DNA from: Podarcis liolepis
Lineage: Eukaryota
Length of the DNA stretch: 64,000 nucleotides
Assembly: GCA_965112155.1 (NCBI GenBank)
Contig: OZ218100.1
Direction: 5' to 3' (one strand)
The position numbers and the translations under genes were made by a program. Of the stretch, positions 23,101-38,100 are shown in pieces. The notes beneath the pieces were generated by a model. It did no database searches, was not told the origin of the DNA, and saw only the letters and a list, made by a program, of their open reading frames with translations. Within the stretch, counting starts at the first letter, position 1. Every line of letters starts with the position of its first letter.

Positions 23101-26100
23101 AATCAATACCTGGAAAAATAAAAGCAATAGCTTGGATTCAAAGACTCATGTGTGTGTTAGTGCTATCCAAGTGTTCTTGTGCAAGCTTGTGGAAGACATC
23201 TTACAGTGCAGTGCCATAATGTACTTGGGATTACATTATTACAGTATGAGAACCACACAATAGCATACAAACTCCATTAATAAACTTGTGGAAAAAGAAA
23301 AATCTTTTCTGAATTGGGGTTACTTTCTCATGCTATGCTCTCTCTCTCTCTCTCTCTCTCGGTCAACAGCCCTTCTGTAACCAGAAGGGCATATTTGGAT
23401 TCCAGCCAGTATTTTTCAGGAGTTATAAAACTAAAAGAGAAAATGCTGTCTGAGATTCAGTGATCCACTTTAGGATTTCTATGAGAGATATTGTTTAAAA
23501 AGAATTGTTTAAAGCACTATGGTTGATGAATGCAAACAACTCCATGGAAAACTATTAAAACTTCCAAGGGGCAACGGGGGGGGGGGGCGCAGGGGGTTAA
23601 TTCTGAGTCATGATTTTAAAATACAATCCAGACAATTTTAGGTGTGTCCAAGAGCTTGTACAAGCCCAGTGGGACTTCTGTCTTTTTTATCATTTAGGCA
23701 ACAGCCTGCTTCAGTATTTCAAACTGGTTTTGAAACTTCCCTGAGAATTAGCCAGCTATGTAGTATGGTAAGTTCATGTATATAAGAGAGGGAGAGAATG
23801 AATTCATTTTGTGCAAAAAATGGCTTGCATAGTTCTCATAACTATGATCTAAAAATTACAAAGCTGGCATTAAAGGAAGAATGAGATTTTTCCTTTTGTT
23901 TAATTAGAGCAGTTTGCAGTGACAAATCAGCAGAAAGTCCCAATTATGTGAAGGTTAGCAATTTGTATACAGTGGACGCTTGGGTTATGTTACCTTCGGG
24001 TAACATAACTTTCGGGTTGTGAACACGGCAAACCCGGAAGCGCTCTACGCACCTTGCGCATGCATAGAAGCACTCTGCGTGCCTCACACATGCACAGAAG
24101 CGCTCAACTGCGCCGTGCGCATGCACAGAAATGCTACATCTACTTAAGTAATTTTCGGGGTGCGAACAGACACCCGGAACGAATTAAGTTCGTGTCCGGA
24201 GGGTCCACTGTATTATTTAGAGCTATGAAGCACAGTCTGGAAGGTATCCTGCTTCTTGACATAGGTATACAAACATCTGCAATAGGTATCTACAGCTGTT
24301 TAAGGAGTCATAGTTTTGAGTCTATCCTGTACGCTTTAAATCCATACTGGACATACTTGAAAGAATAAGGTAAAATCTGCAGAACCTCAGCACAGCTTTT
24401 CTTGCCTTGGCTCCAAGAATCTCTTTGAGGATAATGCCAATGCAAAGTAGGAATCCCTGTTCCCTCATTTCTTTCTTTTAGATATTCAAACAATGCGAGG
24501 GAAGATTAAAGAGAAAATCGTATCTACAAGGTAATAGAGGGTTCCGCGTGAATGTAATTTGGAAATGGTGCAAGTCAACCTTACCTTTTCCAAATTAGTG
24601 AGGTAGAGGAGCTGGCCCAGTTTCTTCTGAAGCTGTGATTTGGCAACTGCTTTGTCGTTCAGGAGTTTCACTCGATTTTGTTCTACCTAGAAAAGAAATG
24701 GAACCATTCAGTGATCATTAAGGCAATCTCTAGATATAATACAATAAACACATAATCCTGGTGTGCAAGTTATATCTAGTCCCAAAACAATGAAGAGATG
24801 CTACAAAAAGAACATTCAACAAACAGCAGGACTGAGGTTTTAAAGTCCTGTTTAGTGGCAAGCAGCAGTCCCAAATGGTGGCTTAATCAGCACTACTGTT
24901 TTTCAGATACAATGCAATCTTGTCACCTCATGCGGCTCAATTATGTGAAGAACAGGGTGGTTGGGTTTTGGCTCTTCCGGATGACGCACTCTAAACCGTT
25001 CTGTAGCCATGGCAAGCTCATCAATGGCAGACACGTGATCTCGGAGGACCATCCAATATTCATGAAGCAGCTGAAGGGAAGATAAAAAGATAATCAGCAG
25101 CAGCACAGTAAGCTGTGGTTAACAAATAATTCTGTGTCCCAGCACTCAGGATTTCAAAATAACACCAACAGAAAAAAATCTAATGGAAAATTACAGCTTT
25201 GCACTGTAAAATTACTGTACTTTGTAGTGCAAAACATATGCATACCCACCCACACAGGTACACAGAAGAAAGTTACAGTAAACTAGAAATTCTGTGTTAG
25301 CTATGAATGGGAAAACCATCTATTTTCGCAAAACTAAGCACACTTCAGTATGCACAATTCCTGGTTGTTATTGCTTTTAAAGGGTCCAAAGACAGAATAA
25401 AAAGCCTGCTTTCACAAAATAACTTGAAACATAGCCAAACTAGAGAAAATATAAGTCAATATTTTAAAGGTACAGTACTCTTAGCACATATATCATGTAT
25501 ATATCATTACAATGACCTAGGGAAGCCTGTATTATTATCATCCCCAAACTGCAGCTATGGATCCAATGCTGTGACACTACCTCTTGCCTAAAGACTACTT
25601 AATTTCTGCCTAAAATGAGACTTAACCTACAGCTTCCTAGTTTACAATTCATTCTCTTAGCCAACAGCTATAGTTTGAGGAATAGAGAACTATATCAACC
25701 TAAAAATGCCTTCACAGGAATCAATTTTCAGTTTTTAAATGCTGCTACCATGCATCACAGAACATGAGGCCTTGGTAGAGTTACCAGGTACAGTACAGCA
25801 AAGACTACATAGCCAATTGAAAGTTTACTAGTACTGGACAGATGGAAGATACAAATGCACAGCCTTTTCTGTCACTGGTAACACGTCTCCATATGTGTCC
25901 TCAAAGCAACCGTATGCGAAGAGACAATTTGTTCCCCACTTGCAACACTAGAAGGACATTAATGTCATAAATGGCTGATTAGCACCAGTAATTTGACTGC
26001 CTGTATGACAAAGCCTCCATCCTGCACTTAAGGGTTGAGACATGAGCAATGAAGAGCTGGGAATGGCATTTCAAAACGAGCCCTTTAGTTTAGAGAAAAC

Positions 26101-29100
26101 TGCTTTGGGAACATCTATAACAAAGAGCTCTGTGGTACATTAACCATTTTGTTGTGGCATACCCTTTCATTATTCAGAGCAGAACCTTTTGAGTATATGT
26201 TACCCAACATATTTGGTTACGTATTTGCGCACTGAGACCATTTACATTATGTGCATCTCCACCCACCCAAAAGAAAACAACTGTGAACAGTGAAATCAAA
26301 AGATTATGAAATGCAAGGGGTCATGGTGGCCTGTGACAATTGCCTAACACAGAAATAAGAATGTACATACTGATCACACATATGAAATGTTGTGGTTGTA
26401 TGTGCTATGTATTATTACCATCCTTATTCTTTATTGAATGAATTATCATTGTATGAAATGATTATCTGTTAGGTAAAAGGTAAAGGTAAAGGACCCCTGG
26501 ATGGTATGCTTTGGAACTGCTAGGTTGGGAGAAGCTGGGACAGAGCAATGGGAGCTCACCCCGTCGCACAGATTCGAACCGCCAACCTTCTAATCAGCCA
26601 GCCCAAGAGGCTCAGTGGTTTAGACTACAGCGCCACCATTATATATTGCTGTTTTATGACTCTTGTCATTATAATTTTTGTAAGCAGCAAGTTTTTGTGG
26701 AAAGGAGGTTTACAAATAAATCAATCACTATGACTGTTACGCATGAGTTGTCTATATGCCTATCAACCAACCAACTCAAAATGCTCCTTATGTTCTGAAC
26801 TTTTCACCATGATTTCTCCTTGCTGTTGTACCTTATATTCCTTTTTCCATGCTTCAAAAAGTTCCAAGAAGATGTTGCCCTCTTCAATTGCCTTGGCATC
26901 TATTCGATGAGCTTTGGCAAAAGACAGTATAGCTTTCAAAGAGCGCTCAGTTTCACTTGCTGCCCAGAGACCTCTGCTTGTGGTAGGTAAGCGGTCATCA
27001 ACCAGACCGTCTTCATCTTCTATCATTTCTTCAAAGATTGCCATCTGTCCCTTTACACTTAAATAATGTAGAAGAATTAGAGTAGTCATCATATCTGAAG
27101 TCTGTATGAATCTTAATAAAATCAAAGATAACAGGCAAACAAACACTACAGTGCTTGATATAGTGACCTTATTTAAAAACTTATACCAATTCTCCTTACA
27201 AAAACACAGTGAAAGAGAACATAATTCACCTGAGTTTCACACTCCCAAGAGGTAGAGCAGCTCTCAAAGAGAAGGAACCTTGTTTCTATCCAGAAAGGAT
27301 ATAGAAGGTCACAGCAGAAACTGCTTTCTGATTAATGAAATAAGTTTGCTTTCATCACAAGTGCACAAAAAGGGGAAAAAATCACTTACGTATGGGAGAA
27401 GAGCTTTGACTCATATTCTGTGAACAATTCATCGGCCTTACAGAAGACACAGCTGGAATACAAGATATTACAAAGAGAAAGATTTAGAAGATCAATAAAC
27501 AATTAAATTTTCCAAAGTTTGGTATCAGTATTCTTTCAATTAATAAAAAGATTTGGAAACTAACCCCACTGAGATGCCTAATAAGAAATATAACATGAGA
27601 ATCAGAAAAATATATTTAGGTTTTTAAAAACTCAACAGGATCCATGCACACACTTGATTGCTTCACTTCAGTTGTGGGATATGTGTCTCATTATTAAAAG
27701 AAATGCTAATTGGAATCGCAGTGACAGAGGTCTAGGTGTTTTCACACCTACTTGTTTAGGGGCAACCTCACAGGACGCAGATGGCAGATAGTGGCAGCCT
27801 CGATAACCTCTTTGGAAGGAGGGCCCTCCAGTTTTTTCACAGCCTCTCTCACACGTTTCTGGAATTTCTTCACTTCTTCCATTTGAGTTGTGAGCAGGTA
27901 CTGAAGGCCTCTGCAGTCACGGAATCTAGCAAAAACAGGAAAAGTCAAAACCTTATTTTGAAATCACTGGATTGACTCACGGCCCATATACTGTATGCAA
28001 CTTCTTCTGGCTGAATGGCATGAGGATGCATCTCTTACTTCAAATTTTTATCAGGGGAACAATCAGAACTGGCTATGTGGCTAACAGCTTGCAAACCGTT
28101 TCTGCTTTTGACTTTTGGCAGAATACAGAGCTTCTCTGTGAGTAGCCTATAAGTGAGGTAATGTGCCTATACAAGACAAATGCAGTTTTCTGAAAGGGCA
28201 AGTCAATGCAGAGCATACACCAATATATACTTTTAAGCAATCTGACACTCCCAAAGTGGAGGAACAATTGCCAGTGACCAAGCTGATATTTTAAAATATA
28301 CATACAATTCTACTTATTCCTAGAAAATAGTGCTTTAAGAGCGAAATGATGTAAATTTTTTTAAAAAAGTTATGCTCCAGAGCAAAAATAATTGCTAAAG
28401 AGATGAATGAATCCATAGACTATTATCTCAAACATAAAAATACACCTAATGCACAACTAAGATTTAAATCAACATAAAAGGGAACAGAAGACTTACATTT
28501 CTGAAAACCAATGCTGTATTTGGACACATCATTTGAAGCATTTTCAAATGTTAAATGATAGCCCAGAAGTTTGCAAGCAAGCAGTGCCTGGGGCATGGTG
28601 TATAAGCTGTCACAAACTGAGTAAAACTTGAGAACTATGATAAGGAACATTGCTTTGTAGCTGCTGACTTACTTGTCTGCCATAGAGAGTTTATTAGTTT
28701 GTTGTTTGTAGTTGCTAGTAAGATCATTTTGCACCCGTTGAACAAGCTCCTCATCAATAGCATATTGTATTGCTGACTGGATCACATCCAACCACCAAGG
28801 TGAATTGGAGCGCATCTAGGTGTAGGACAGAAAATAGGCCCATAAATACATGTGCCCCATCTTGTGTGATAAAAAGACATGCCTGAGAAACACACACTTC
28901 CTTGTGAATACAAGACCAGCAGCTTTCCCCCAGGTAAATTTTGACACACTGCAGTCATCTTAGATAACTTCAAAACTGATTTTAAAATATAAACAATTGT
29001 TTAAGTATTTTCTGTTACTCTGTTTACTTATTTTTGGTAGCATTTAAGACAGCGAGAGACAAATCAGTAGCTAGATTTAACAATGAAAAATAAATGAGGA

Positions 29101-32100
29101 ATATTTGAAACTGTGGAAACAGTGCAATTAGGTGAGCATATCTCTTTAATGACATGAGTACTTCCCCCCCTTTCTTCATATGTTACACCCCAAAATGAGG
29201 CTTAAAAGAGAAAGGCCTATTGTAGTGAATTATTTCCTAAGATCTTTCTTGAGGAGCTACATGTTAAAAACTGACATATTCTTACCTTAAAGTTATTTTG
29301 CTTCTTAGAAAGAAAAGCAAGTCTCATCTGGAGAACTGCTTTTTATTAGTTTTAGAGAAACAAAGCATCTCCAAGTGAAACACCATTTGTTTAAGGATTA
29401 CAGAAATGACACTACCCTTGATCTTGCTGTTCCAAACCTGGTATAAGCGACTGCTCAACTTACATTTGAAGAAACGAATGCAAATGTGATTCATTGAGGA
29501 AGTCACAGTGGATGCATTTGAATGTTAAAATAAACCTTGGTTTAGAGTGTTGTGAATGAGCATACGTAAGCCTCAGAAACTCGTACTCTCGCCTCCAATG
29601 CAAAGAGGAGGAAAGAGCTGGCTTCTTTTAAACTAGCAACTTGTCAGTTTGAATTAAACAAGATGCCAGGGATAAGCAAAAAGGGAAGTGAAACCTTCTG
29701 AATTCCTTGTGGCCATGCCAAGGCAGAAGGGGGATTGTGTGCAAGCCCCAGGCTCATTCACATCACAGTGTTATGCCTGAACATAGCCATCAGTGTTCAT
29801 TATCATCCCAGCGCACAATGTGTCTCGTAGAGTGCAGCAGCAGAGTGTCAGACTAGACTCAGAAGGATCAGCCATGAGCTTCAGCCAATCATGCTCTTTT
29901 GTCCATTGTCAAGTGTGAGGTAAATTAGCCTAAGATGGAATGAGCTCCTTGGAGGAACAGAAAAAATCTGTGATAAAGAAAATTTGCTTTATCTATTTTA
30001 TTTGGCAAGTTCTAAAGTTTTATAACATTTGCACGTATTGAAGTTGTTAACTTGTATAATCACAGGTCAATTTATGCATCTTAAATGTTTACGGACAGGA
30101 GTGAGGCAGAGAAACGTGAACATACATTATTCTGTAGAAACTATGTGGAAGAACAGTGCATTAGTTGTATCTAAAACTGGCATGCACATTTTAATTCACA
30201 TAACAAGACTTTGCCTTCCTCTCCTCCCTCCCTCCCTGCACCCACAAAAATCTGCTCTGCAGCAGACTTTTGAAGGCACGAGTGGGGCTGCAGGGAGCAG
30301 GAGAACCACAGAGAGTCCTGTTGTACGGGTAGAAATTCACCTGCACTGTGGCAGGCTGTTGCATTAATGGAACTACAGCATTGGATATAACCCACTGAAG
30401 GCCAATTTTCTAGAACTCCACTTCTAATCCAGCTTGTTGCAGTAGGGAATCTTTTCATGGACACATTTTTAGAGATTTATAAGCTCCCACATATCATCAA
30501 AAGGCAAGTCAAAAATATTACAAAATCTTACTTTCTTCTGGAGTTCATGGATTGTCTGTAGCACTGGTTGCAAAGCCTGGTGGGCTTCAGAAACTTCTGC
30601 ATTTGATTTGCTCATATAATGTTGACGGAGTTGCTCACACTGTTTTTTAAATGATAAAGACAGAAAGACACCAAACACTGAAATACTTACAACATTGTTA
30701 GTTAATAGTTGATACATTATTACCAGTGAATGTAGATGAAATAGAATCCTATGTTTTTTAGAAGAGTGTTAGGCCATTTTTAATTACTTTCACTCTCCAG
30801 AAAGGCCACAACATAAATTGCTATACCAAGCTAGAATCACATATGAACACAGCTGCTACCTAAAACAAAATCTACAGAAGGACTCAAGAGACATTTGTGT
30901 TGAGATTCCTGCATCACAGGGGGGTTGGACTAGATGACCCTCGGGGTACCTTCCAACTCTATGATTCTATGGGCAACCCATAGTAAGTAAGACCAACCAA
31001 CCATACGGAATATTTTCTTTGATAGCTATATTTCAGTAAGGACTGCCCTTATCCCTAGAACACAGCAAAACTTACACAGCTTTTCTAAATAGAAAGGATA
31101 TTCAAGTTTATCTGGAATATCGCAAGTTTATTTGAATATCATCAACAACAGACGTAACTTACCAGTTCTGGACAACAATGAAATATTACTTTATCCATAA
31201 CACTTATCTGGATAATTACCTTTAACATTGTGAATTTCTACTCTGGGCAGAGATCCTGTCTATCACCTTATTAGTGCTAGCATATATTAAGCATTAGATG
31301 TTTTAATGGCATTAGCAAAATAAACTGATATTAAGGTATATAAAACTCTTAATTCCTTAGGACCAGTTTATTTAAGAAATTCACCTTGCCCCACATGTGC
31401 CTATTCAATCACTTTGATCTGCAGAACTACAACTTTTGCAGTCCCATAAGCTGCCTGTTGTGCATTTGTGATCGAGTTTTTCCATGTGTGGCATGTGCCC
31501 TGGAATTTCCTGGCTACTGACATTAAGAAGGCACCTTTACTACATTGTTTAAAACATATGCTGAAAACTCTCCCATTTTAGCAAGCCTATCAAGTTTTGT
31601 TGGTTTTATTTTTTAAAAAAAATATCTTACGCATATTTATTTTTTATTGGGTTTTTTGCCACATTTTATCTGTACATTGCTTGGAGATATAAGCCATTTA
31701 TGAATTTTCCAAATAAAGTTAATACATAATGCTCCTTTGTACAACCTGAAACATTACTCAGGTACTTGTAAAGGTACCCCTGCCCGTACAGGCCAGTCTT
31801 GACAGACTCTAGGGTTGTGCGCTCATCTCACTCTAGAGGCCGGGAGCCAGCGCTGTCCGCAGACACTTCCGGGTCACGTGGCCAGCGTGACGAAGCTGCT
31901 CTGACGAACCGGCACCAGAGCAGCACATGGAAACATCGTTTAGCTTCCTGCTATAAAGCGGTACCTATTTATCTACTTGCACTTAGGGGTGCTTTCGAAC
32001 TGCTAGGTGGGCAGGAGCTGGGACCGAACAACGGGAGCTCACCCCGCCATGGGGATTCGAACCGCCGACCATGCGATCAGCAAGTCCTAGGCGCTGAGGT

Positions 32101-35100
32101 TTTACCCACAGCGCCACCCGCGTCCCTCAGGCACTTGTAGTAGCTAGCAAAGGATGATAAAAGAAAGAACTTGTCAGGGTTTGAGGGTGTGCCTAGCTGG
32201 CTCTTGCCTATAAGCAATCAACTGAAGGTAGAACAGCCTCACCTAAGCAAGACGAAAACTTACCAGCCTCCTAAGTGGATGCCATCATTTTTAGTGTGCA
32301 TTTTCATGCAATCTTGCCTTCAAATCATTGTTCCTATCCAAATGGACTTGGTTATCCCTCTTAATTCTTATTCAAATATAACGCTACAACTATTGCCACT
32401 AATTCCCACTCTGTTCTCCAATTCTACAGATTGTTCTTCATTAAATGTCACATCCTTGTTTTCATCATCTGTGAAAAGTTACTTGGTCAGCTTCAAAACA
32501 TCTGATCTATTGGTATTCATTCTTGCCTTGCTAGTTTTTCAGCTTCAGCTATCCCAGCCAAACTTTTATCCAGGCCCTAATAAACCTTAGGTCCTAACTG
32601 TGCAGTGACTGGCCCTGTCTTGACCTGTTCTGTCCCTCTTACCTAAAGGCAGTCCTTTAAAAGTACTGATCAATTCAATTACCTTCAACTTCACAACCAT
32701 AAACTCTTTCTATTATTATTAACAGCCCAGTATGGTTAGTGGAGGTTTGAGAAGAACTGCATTAACTCTACAACAATAGCCAGGATAAGGTTATGAAGAA
32801 GTTAAGCACAGCAGTCTCCATAAGGAAACTATTCATTTGTTCTTTCAGCTTGTTACTGACAGTTGTGACCTTGAAAGTACACTACAGCTGCATCTGGAAA
32901 GATATGGCAAACATGGAATTTCCTTACATTTGACCTTAGGATTGTAAGCATTTCTGTAAGATGCCTCGGAGCTATCCTGTAACAAATTATATTATTTTAT
33001 AAATTCTTTTGCAGGAAGCATTTCTAAATACACTGAAGTGCACACAGTGTACAATCACCTCTTCTTGAAGCCTGCTATCGCGCAAAGTGGGTGATATCCC
33101 AGGATGCTTTCCTGCCAGAAGCTCCATCAAGTTGTGCGTAGAATGAAGTCTCTGCGTTTGTCAATAAAAAAGGCAGCAGTGATTAAGTTTGACGTATGGT
33201 GACAATTACGAACAATAAGCAGTTTAAATCGGCAGTAAAATCCCCACAGAAACATGAACACATTACCACATAGAACTACCGTATATACTCGTGTATATAA
33301 GCTGAAAAAAACATCTCGGCTTATACTCAAGTGAGGGTCCCACCCGAGCGCATTTATGACAGCGGCAAAGGTGGTGGAGGAGGAACGAGCAGCCTGAAAA
33401 CAGCTCTTTCAGGCTGCTCCTTCCTCCTCCTCCGCTGCCGCCCCCAGCCTCTGCCTCTTGGCAGCAACCTAGGTAGGCAGGGGGACGGGAGGAGCTGGGG
33501 GGGAGAGTTTGTGGTGTAGTGAACCAACTTATACTCGAGTCAATAAGTTTCCCCAGTTTTTTGAGGTAAAATAAGGTGCCTCGGCTTATATTCGGGTCAG
33601 CTTATACTCGTGTATATACGGTAAATAATCTTCTACCCACATCTCAAAGTTATGGCAGTATACATTTATTCATGTTATACAAAAAAGAACAGTACAGGTG
33701 ACTCCCCATTTATGCGGGGGTTACATTCCGAACCCCAGTGCACATACGTGAAATTGTGTAAGCAGCCTTCAAAGATTCAAAAAACAGCTGAGTGTCATGT
33801 CGTGTACAGTACTTTGAAAAGCTCTCTGCAAAATCTATGTGGGCAAGTAGGGTCAAAAACATTCTGAAATTAGGTGTTTGGCTGGTGGGCATCTCTGTCC
33901 CACTGTTAAACTTGGTCCACTGGCCAGATCCTGTTCTCTACTCCTGTAATAGTGTAATAAACTGACTCCTGTACATTATAGAACGATAGGTGCCCACAGG
34001 TATTCCATAGTGATGCTATAAAAAAAACCACTATCACCAGCTGAAAGGCCTAGCTCACTGTTTACATTGTTCATCTGGTACAATAGATTGAGTATTACTG
34101 TTCAAAATATTTATATCCTGGTCTTCCATACTTCCAGGGTGCTAAATAATTATGAGATCCTTGTGAAGAAATCATAGTTTTTACTGGCAGTATACGCACT
34201 AGTTGCAACCCAATGCTTGCCTAGCACCTGCCTATTCATGTGAAGTTGGATGTAACACTATTTCAAACAGAGGAATTAGTTTTCCTCTTATGGATAGATT
34301 GAACTAAACTGATACAAAATGTAAGCTGGTTCCTAAATATCAGAATATATGCCTGGTGACAATGATGATTTTTGAAAGTTGAAAACATTACCAGGTCTCT
34401 CTTCGCAAAAGAGGTTGGTATTTGATGGCTGATCAGGTGATCAATCTTTTAGCTCATGAATAGACATAAAAGCCAAGAAAAAGGCAAAAAAAAGTTCCAC
34501 AAAATTTCTGTACTAGTTTAAAGAGTGCCTTCAGAGATTATGCACATACTTGCAATGAATCTGTTTTGAGCTTCTCTTTGTGCTCTTCAGAGGAACGCAG
34601 CACCTCTCGATACATATCTGCTGCCAATGCATATTCACCTGAAAAATTAGCATATTTCAGACTGGAGTATTGGGATTTCTGTCTTTCAAATGTCTAATTA
34701 TCTACAACTGTACACACAGTGCCATCAGGATTTCTTAGTAAGCACTTTAATTAGAGACATCTATGCTGCATAAACAAATTATAACTGAAAAGGAGTTGGA
34801 GAATAAATTTCCAACTGTGAAAACAAAGCTAAAACACAGCATTCTACTACTACCACTGTGATTTTTCATTCCAGGGAAGTAGAAGCAATGGGAACCCTCT
34901 CCCCACCCTGGATATGGAAGATACAGACACTTTCTATGTCTGTTCCCAAACAGAAATAATTCCCTATTTCCAACACTTAGAAACATCACTGTAAAGTATT
35001 ATATTAAATTGTTTGGCTATTTACATATGGAAGCTTGACAGAGACAGACCGGCAAACCTATTGTAGCATTAAGATCAAAACAGTAAAATTGTGTATGCAG

Positions 35101-38100
35101 CCACTGATAAAGTTAACATATTTTTAAAATGTTGTAAAAATATTTTTTGAGATAAGAGATATAAAATAAAACTGTACATAGTCACTATTCCCTGTTGGAT
35201 TCAAGTACTTCTTATGCTGATGCAGAGTTGTGTGCTGGGTCACCAGACTTTTGAGTGGGCCTGTAAAACTGCCCTCCTCTTTGCTGACTGCTTTAAAAAG
35301 GCATGCAAGTATTTCCCCAAGTGCCATCTTAATTTCTGATTAAATTTCTCTTCCTGCATCTTGGTGTACCAAGTCTATCTTGAAGTAATATTTCAGCAAC
35401 TTACACCTCCTAACCTTCCACAGACTTACAATTCTGCAGCTTTGCTTGCAGCTAGTACAAATGTCATTTCTTGAGTATCCTGAACATACACATTTTCCTT
35501 TAGGATTTACCAGTAACTCTACTAAAGAAATGCCTAAACACCTGGGATGGTATTTAACTATTTAAGAAACAACCAACAGATTCCACAGGTAGTCCAATTT
35601 AGTTTGGTGCTCAGAGCCAAGGGATATTCGTAGTTAGTAAGTGGCTCGATACAGAGGCTTATATTTTGCGTAGAGGAATCCGAGGCAAAACAAATCAGCC
35701 CTTTGCATTTAGTCTGAATTAACCAAATAGTAAAGAACTCTCTCAATATAAATAAAATATATGAGTGCTACTGCAGTCATAAGAACCACACCAAACTATT
35801 ATGAGCCAATTTTACCTTTAATAATATGAATACCAGCTAATCCATTCAAAGCACACACCAGTTGCCTGTGGACTTCCTCACATTCTGTTCGACATTTTTT
35901 CTGTAGTGATGTTAGAAGCTCCTCCATTGTCATTGTGCTGCAACAGAGACCCAAAGCATGAAGTGCCGGCATTCAATATGCATTAGAGGTCATAAATCCA
36001 CCTTTTCAAGAATGTACTTTTTATAACAATAATAAACTGAAAGGGATAGCAACTGGTATAATTCAAAAATGATGCTGTTCTACTGCTATTATTTAATATT
36101 TTTACTAAATATATTCCATTTAATATACAGAAAAAATGATACAATCCTTGCCTAGATGCCTTGTAATCCACATTATATGCAAAAGTGTGGTGAGAGACTA
36201 TAATGACTGACTTGACATGACCAAGTAACATGACCTTAGTGACACAACAAATAGTGGAATGGCACTCCTAGCCTACAGGAGAGGGGGACAAGAAACTGCA
36301 GTTGGGATTGTTACCCTGAAGAAGGGTCTCCTCCTTTTCCCCCAGTCCATGCTGCTCAAGGTCTCATGATGCCATTGGCCAAGCCAAATAATCTTCATTA
36401 TTTGACACACAGCCCCAAACTCTCCACTGGACCTGCTATGCCAGCCCATGGAAAAGGGAGAAACACTTTAAAAACATTCCAGTCTGGGCTTGTTTATGGT
36501 GACAATGTTCAACTCAGCTGCTTGCTTTTTTAAAAAATTAAATGGTGTGGACAGTACGCTGCTATCTCATAATCTGATGAAAAGTGGAATGAGAAGGAAC
36601 AGAAACCTGCAGAAGGCTTCCAGGTGGAAGCACCCTAACAGAGAAGCAGATTGTTCTAAGAATATAAGAGGAGCCCATCTGGACCAGAGCAAAGGCTATC
36701 TAGTCTCGCATTCTGTTCTCACCGAGCCAGCCAGATTATCTATGAAGTCCACAAGCAGGATATGAGCGTAACAGTACTCTCATGTTCACATTCCCCAGGC
36801 ACAATACAGGACCAGAGTGGGAGAAACAGAGAAAGTAGGCATTGTTCACTGTCAGGTTCAAATTGTAAAAATAAAAAATAAATGCTGATTTCTAAAAGAC
36901 ATGCTATGAGGAAAAGGATATATATTTAACAACAGGCAAAGAAACCTGATGTGATTCTATATCTAAACCAAGAGACTGGTCCAGGCTATTATGTGGATAA
37001 AAGACAACCTGGGACCCCCAGCTTCACAGAGGGCAGGATAGCAAAGCAACAGTGAACTAGCTTGCTAACCTGATAGAGACGATGGGTTCATTGTTTCTAT
37101 TATTCAGAAGCTCTAGCACTGTGTCATGGACACAGAAGTAAAAGGATACCCACAAGTAATTTCAACCATTTGTTGTAAAAATGGACTATTGCTCTCAGAC
37201 AAAAAGAGCTTAGAAACAAATCCTTTTTCTGCAGTCCTTTTTATGGGAGCTACTTTTTTGTTACTGTACTCCTCCTTTACTGAAGTGGCTATGTTGCTGC
37301 TACCCATGAACATTCCACTGAATATAGGTTGCTAGGACAGATAAAACCCTTCAGTTAAAATTAAAGCTGCTTTATTTCACTGACACATTTCCTGAACTTG
37401 CTGCGTCAACTTAAACACTAAACAGTTAGTTCCAATATTCTGCTCCCAATAAAAGCTAGTATTTCTAGGCTGTGATAGTATGAATAGTCAACATCAGTTG
37501 CCATACTGTTATGCTATTTCTTCTCACAGCAGAGTATAGAAACATGTAATCTGCAGAGTTGAAAAGGATTAATCAATCAGTACTATTACTTGTTGGTTGC
37601 AGATGAAAATGTGAATTTCAATTGGTGGTGTGTGCAGTAAAAGATTCTTCAGCACTGTTCGATTTATGGTAAACAAATAGTCTTGAGTCAAGAGCAAAGA
37701 CCAAACAAATCAATGGATCCCAACCACAGTTAGGCTAAACCTATCTGCATGGTTTAGATCTATTTATTTCTTTGCTCAGTTAGTTGTCTCAGAATACTAT
37801 AAGTTAAAGATAATTAAAATTAAAAGATCTGATATCTTTTCATTCATAGCCTTGGATCAAAAGCTGCTCTTTTGCAAGCAAAGGGCACCTCTGCTTCCTT
37901 CCTCACTTTCCACTAATTTCCCCTTCCTACTACAACCTCACTTGCACTTTGTTGATGCAAGTCACAATGATTAAAAACATGGAGTGGGATCTTAGTTTTG
38001 CATATTATCTGACATTGAACCTCAACAACTATCTTTAATGTTCCATCAGGTGAGGTAACAAGACTGCAGCAGGTTGCACAGATGTATGTATGTCTTGCTT

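Noticed and set aside
32172-32630. Possible LTR starting TGTCAGGG with AATAAA near 32579, and the 139-aa ORF over it
   Set aside because: No matching CA end or TSD found; ORF has no recognisable motif.
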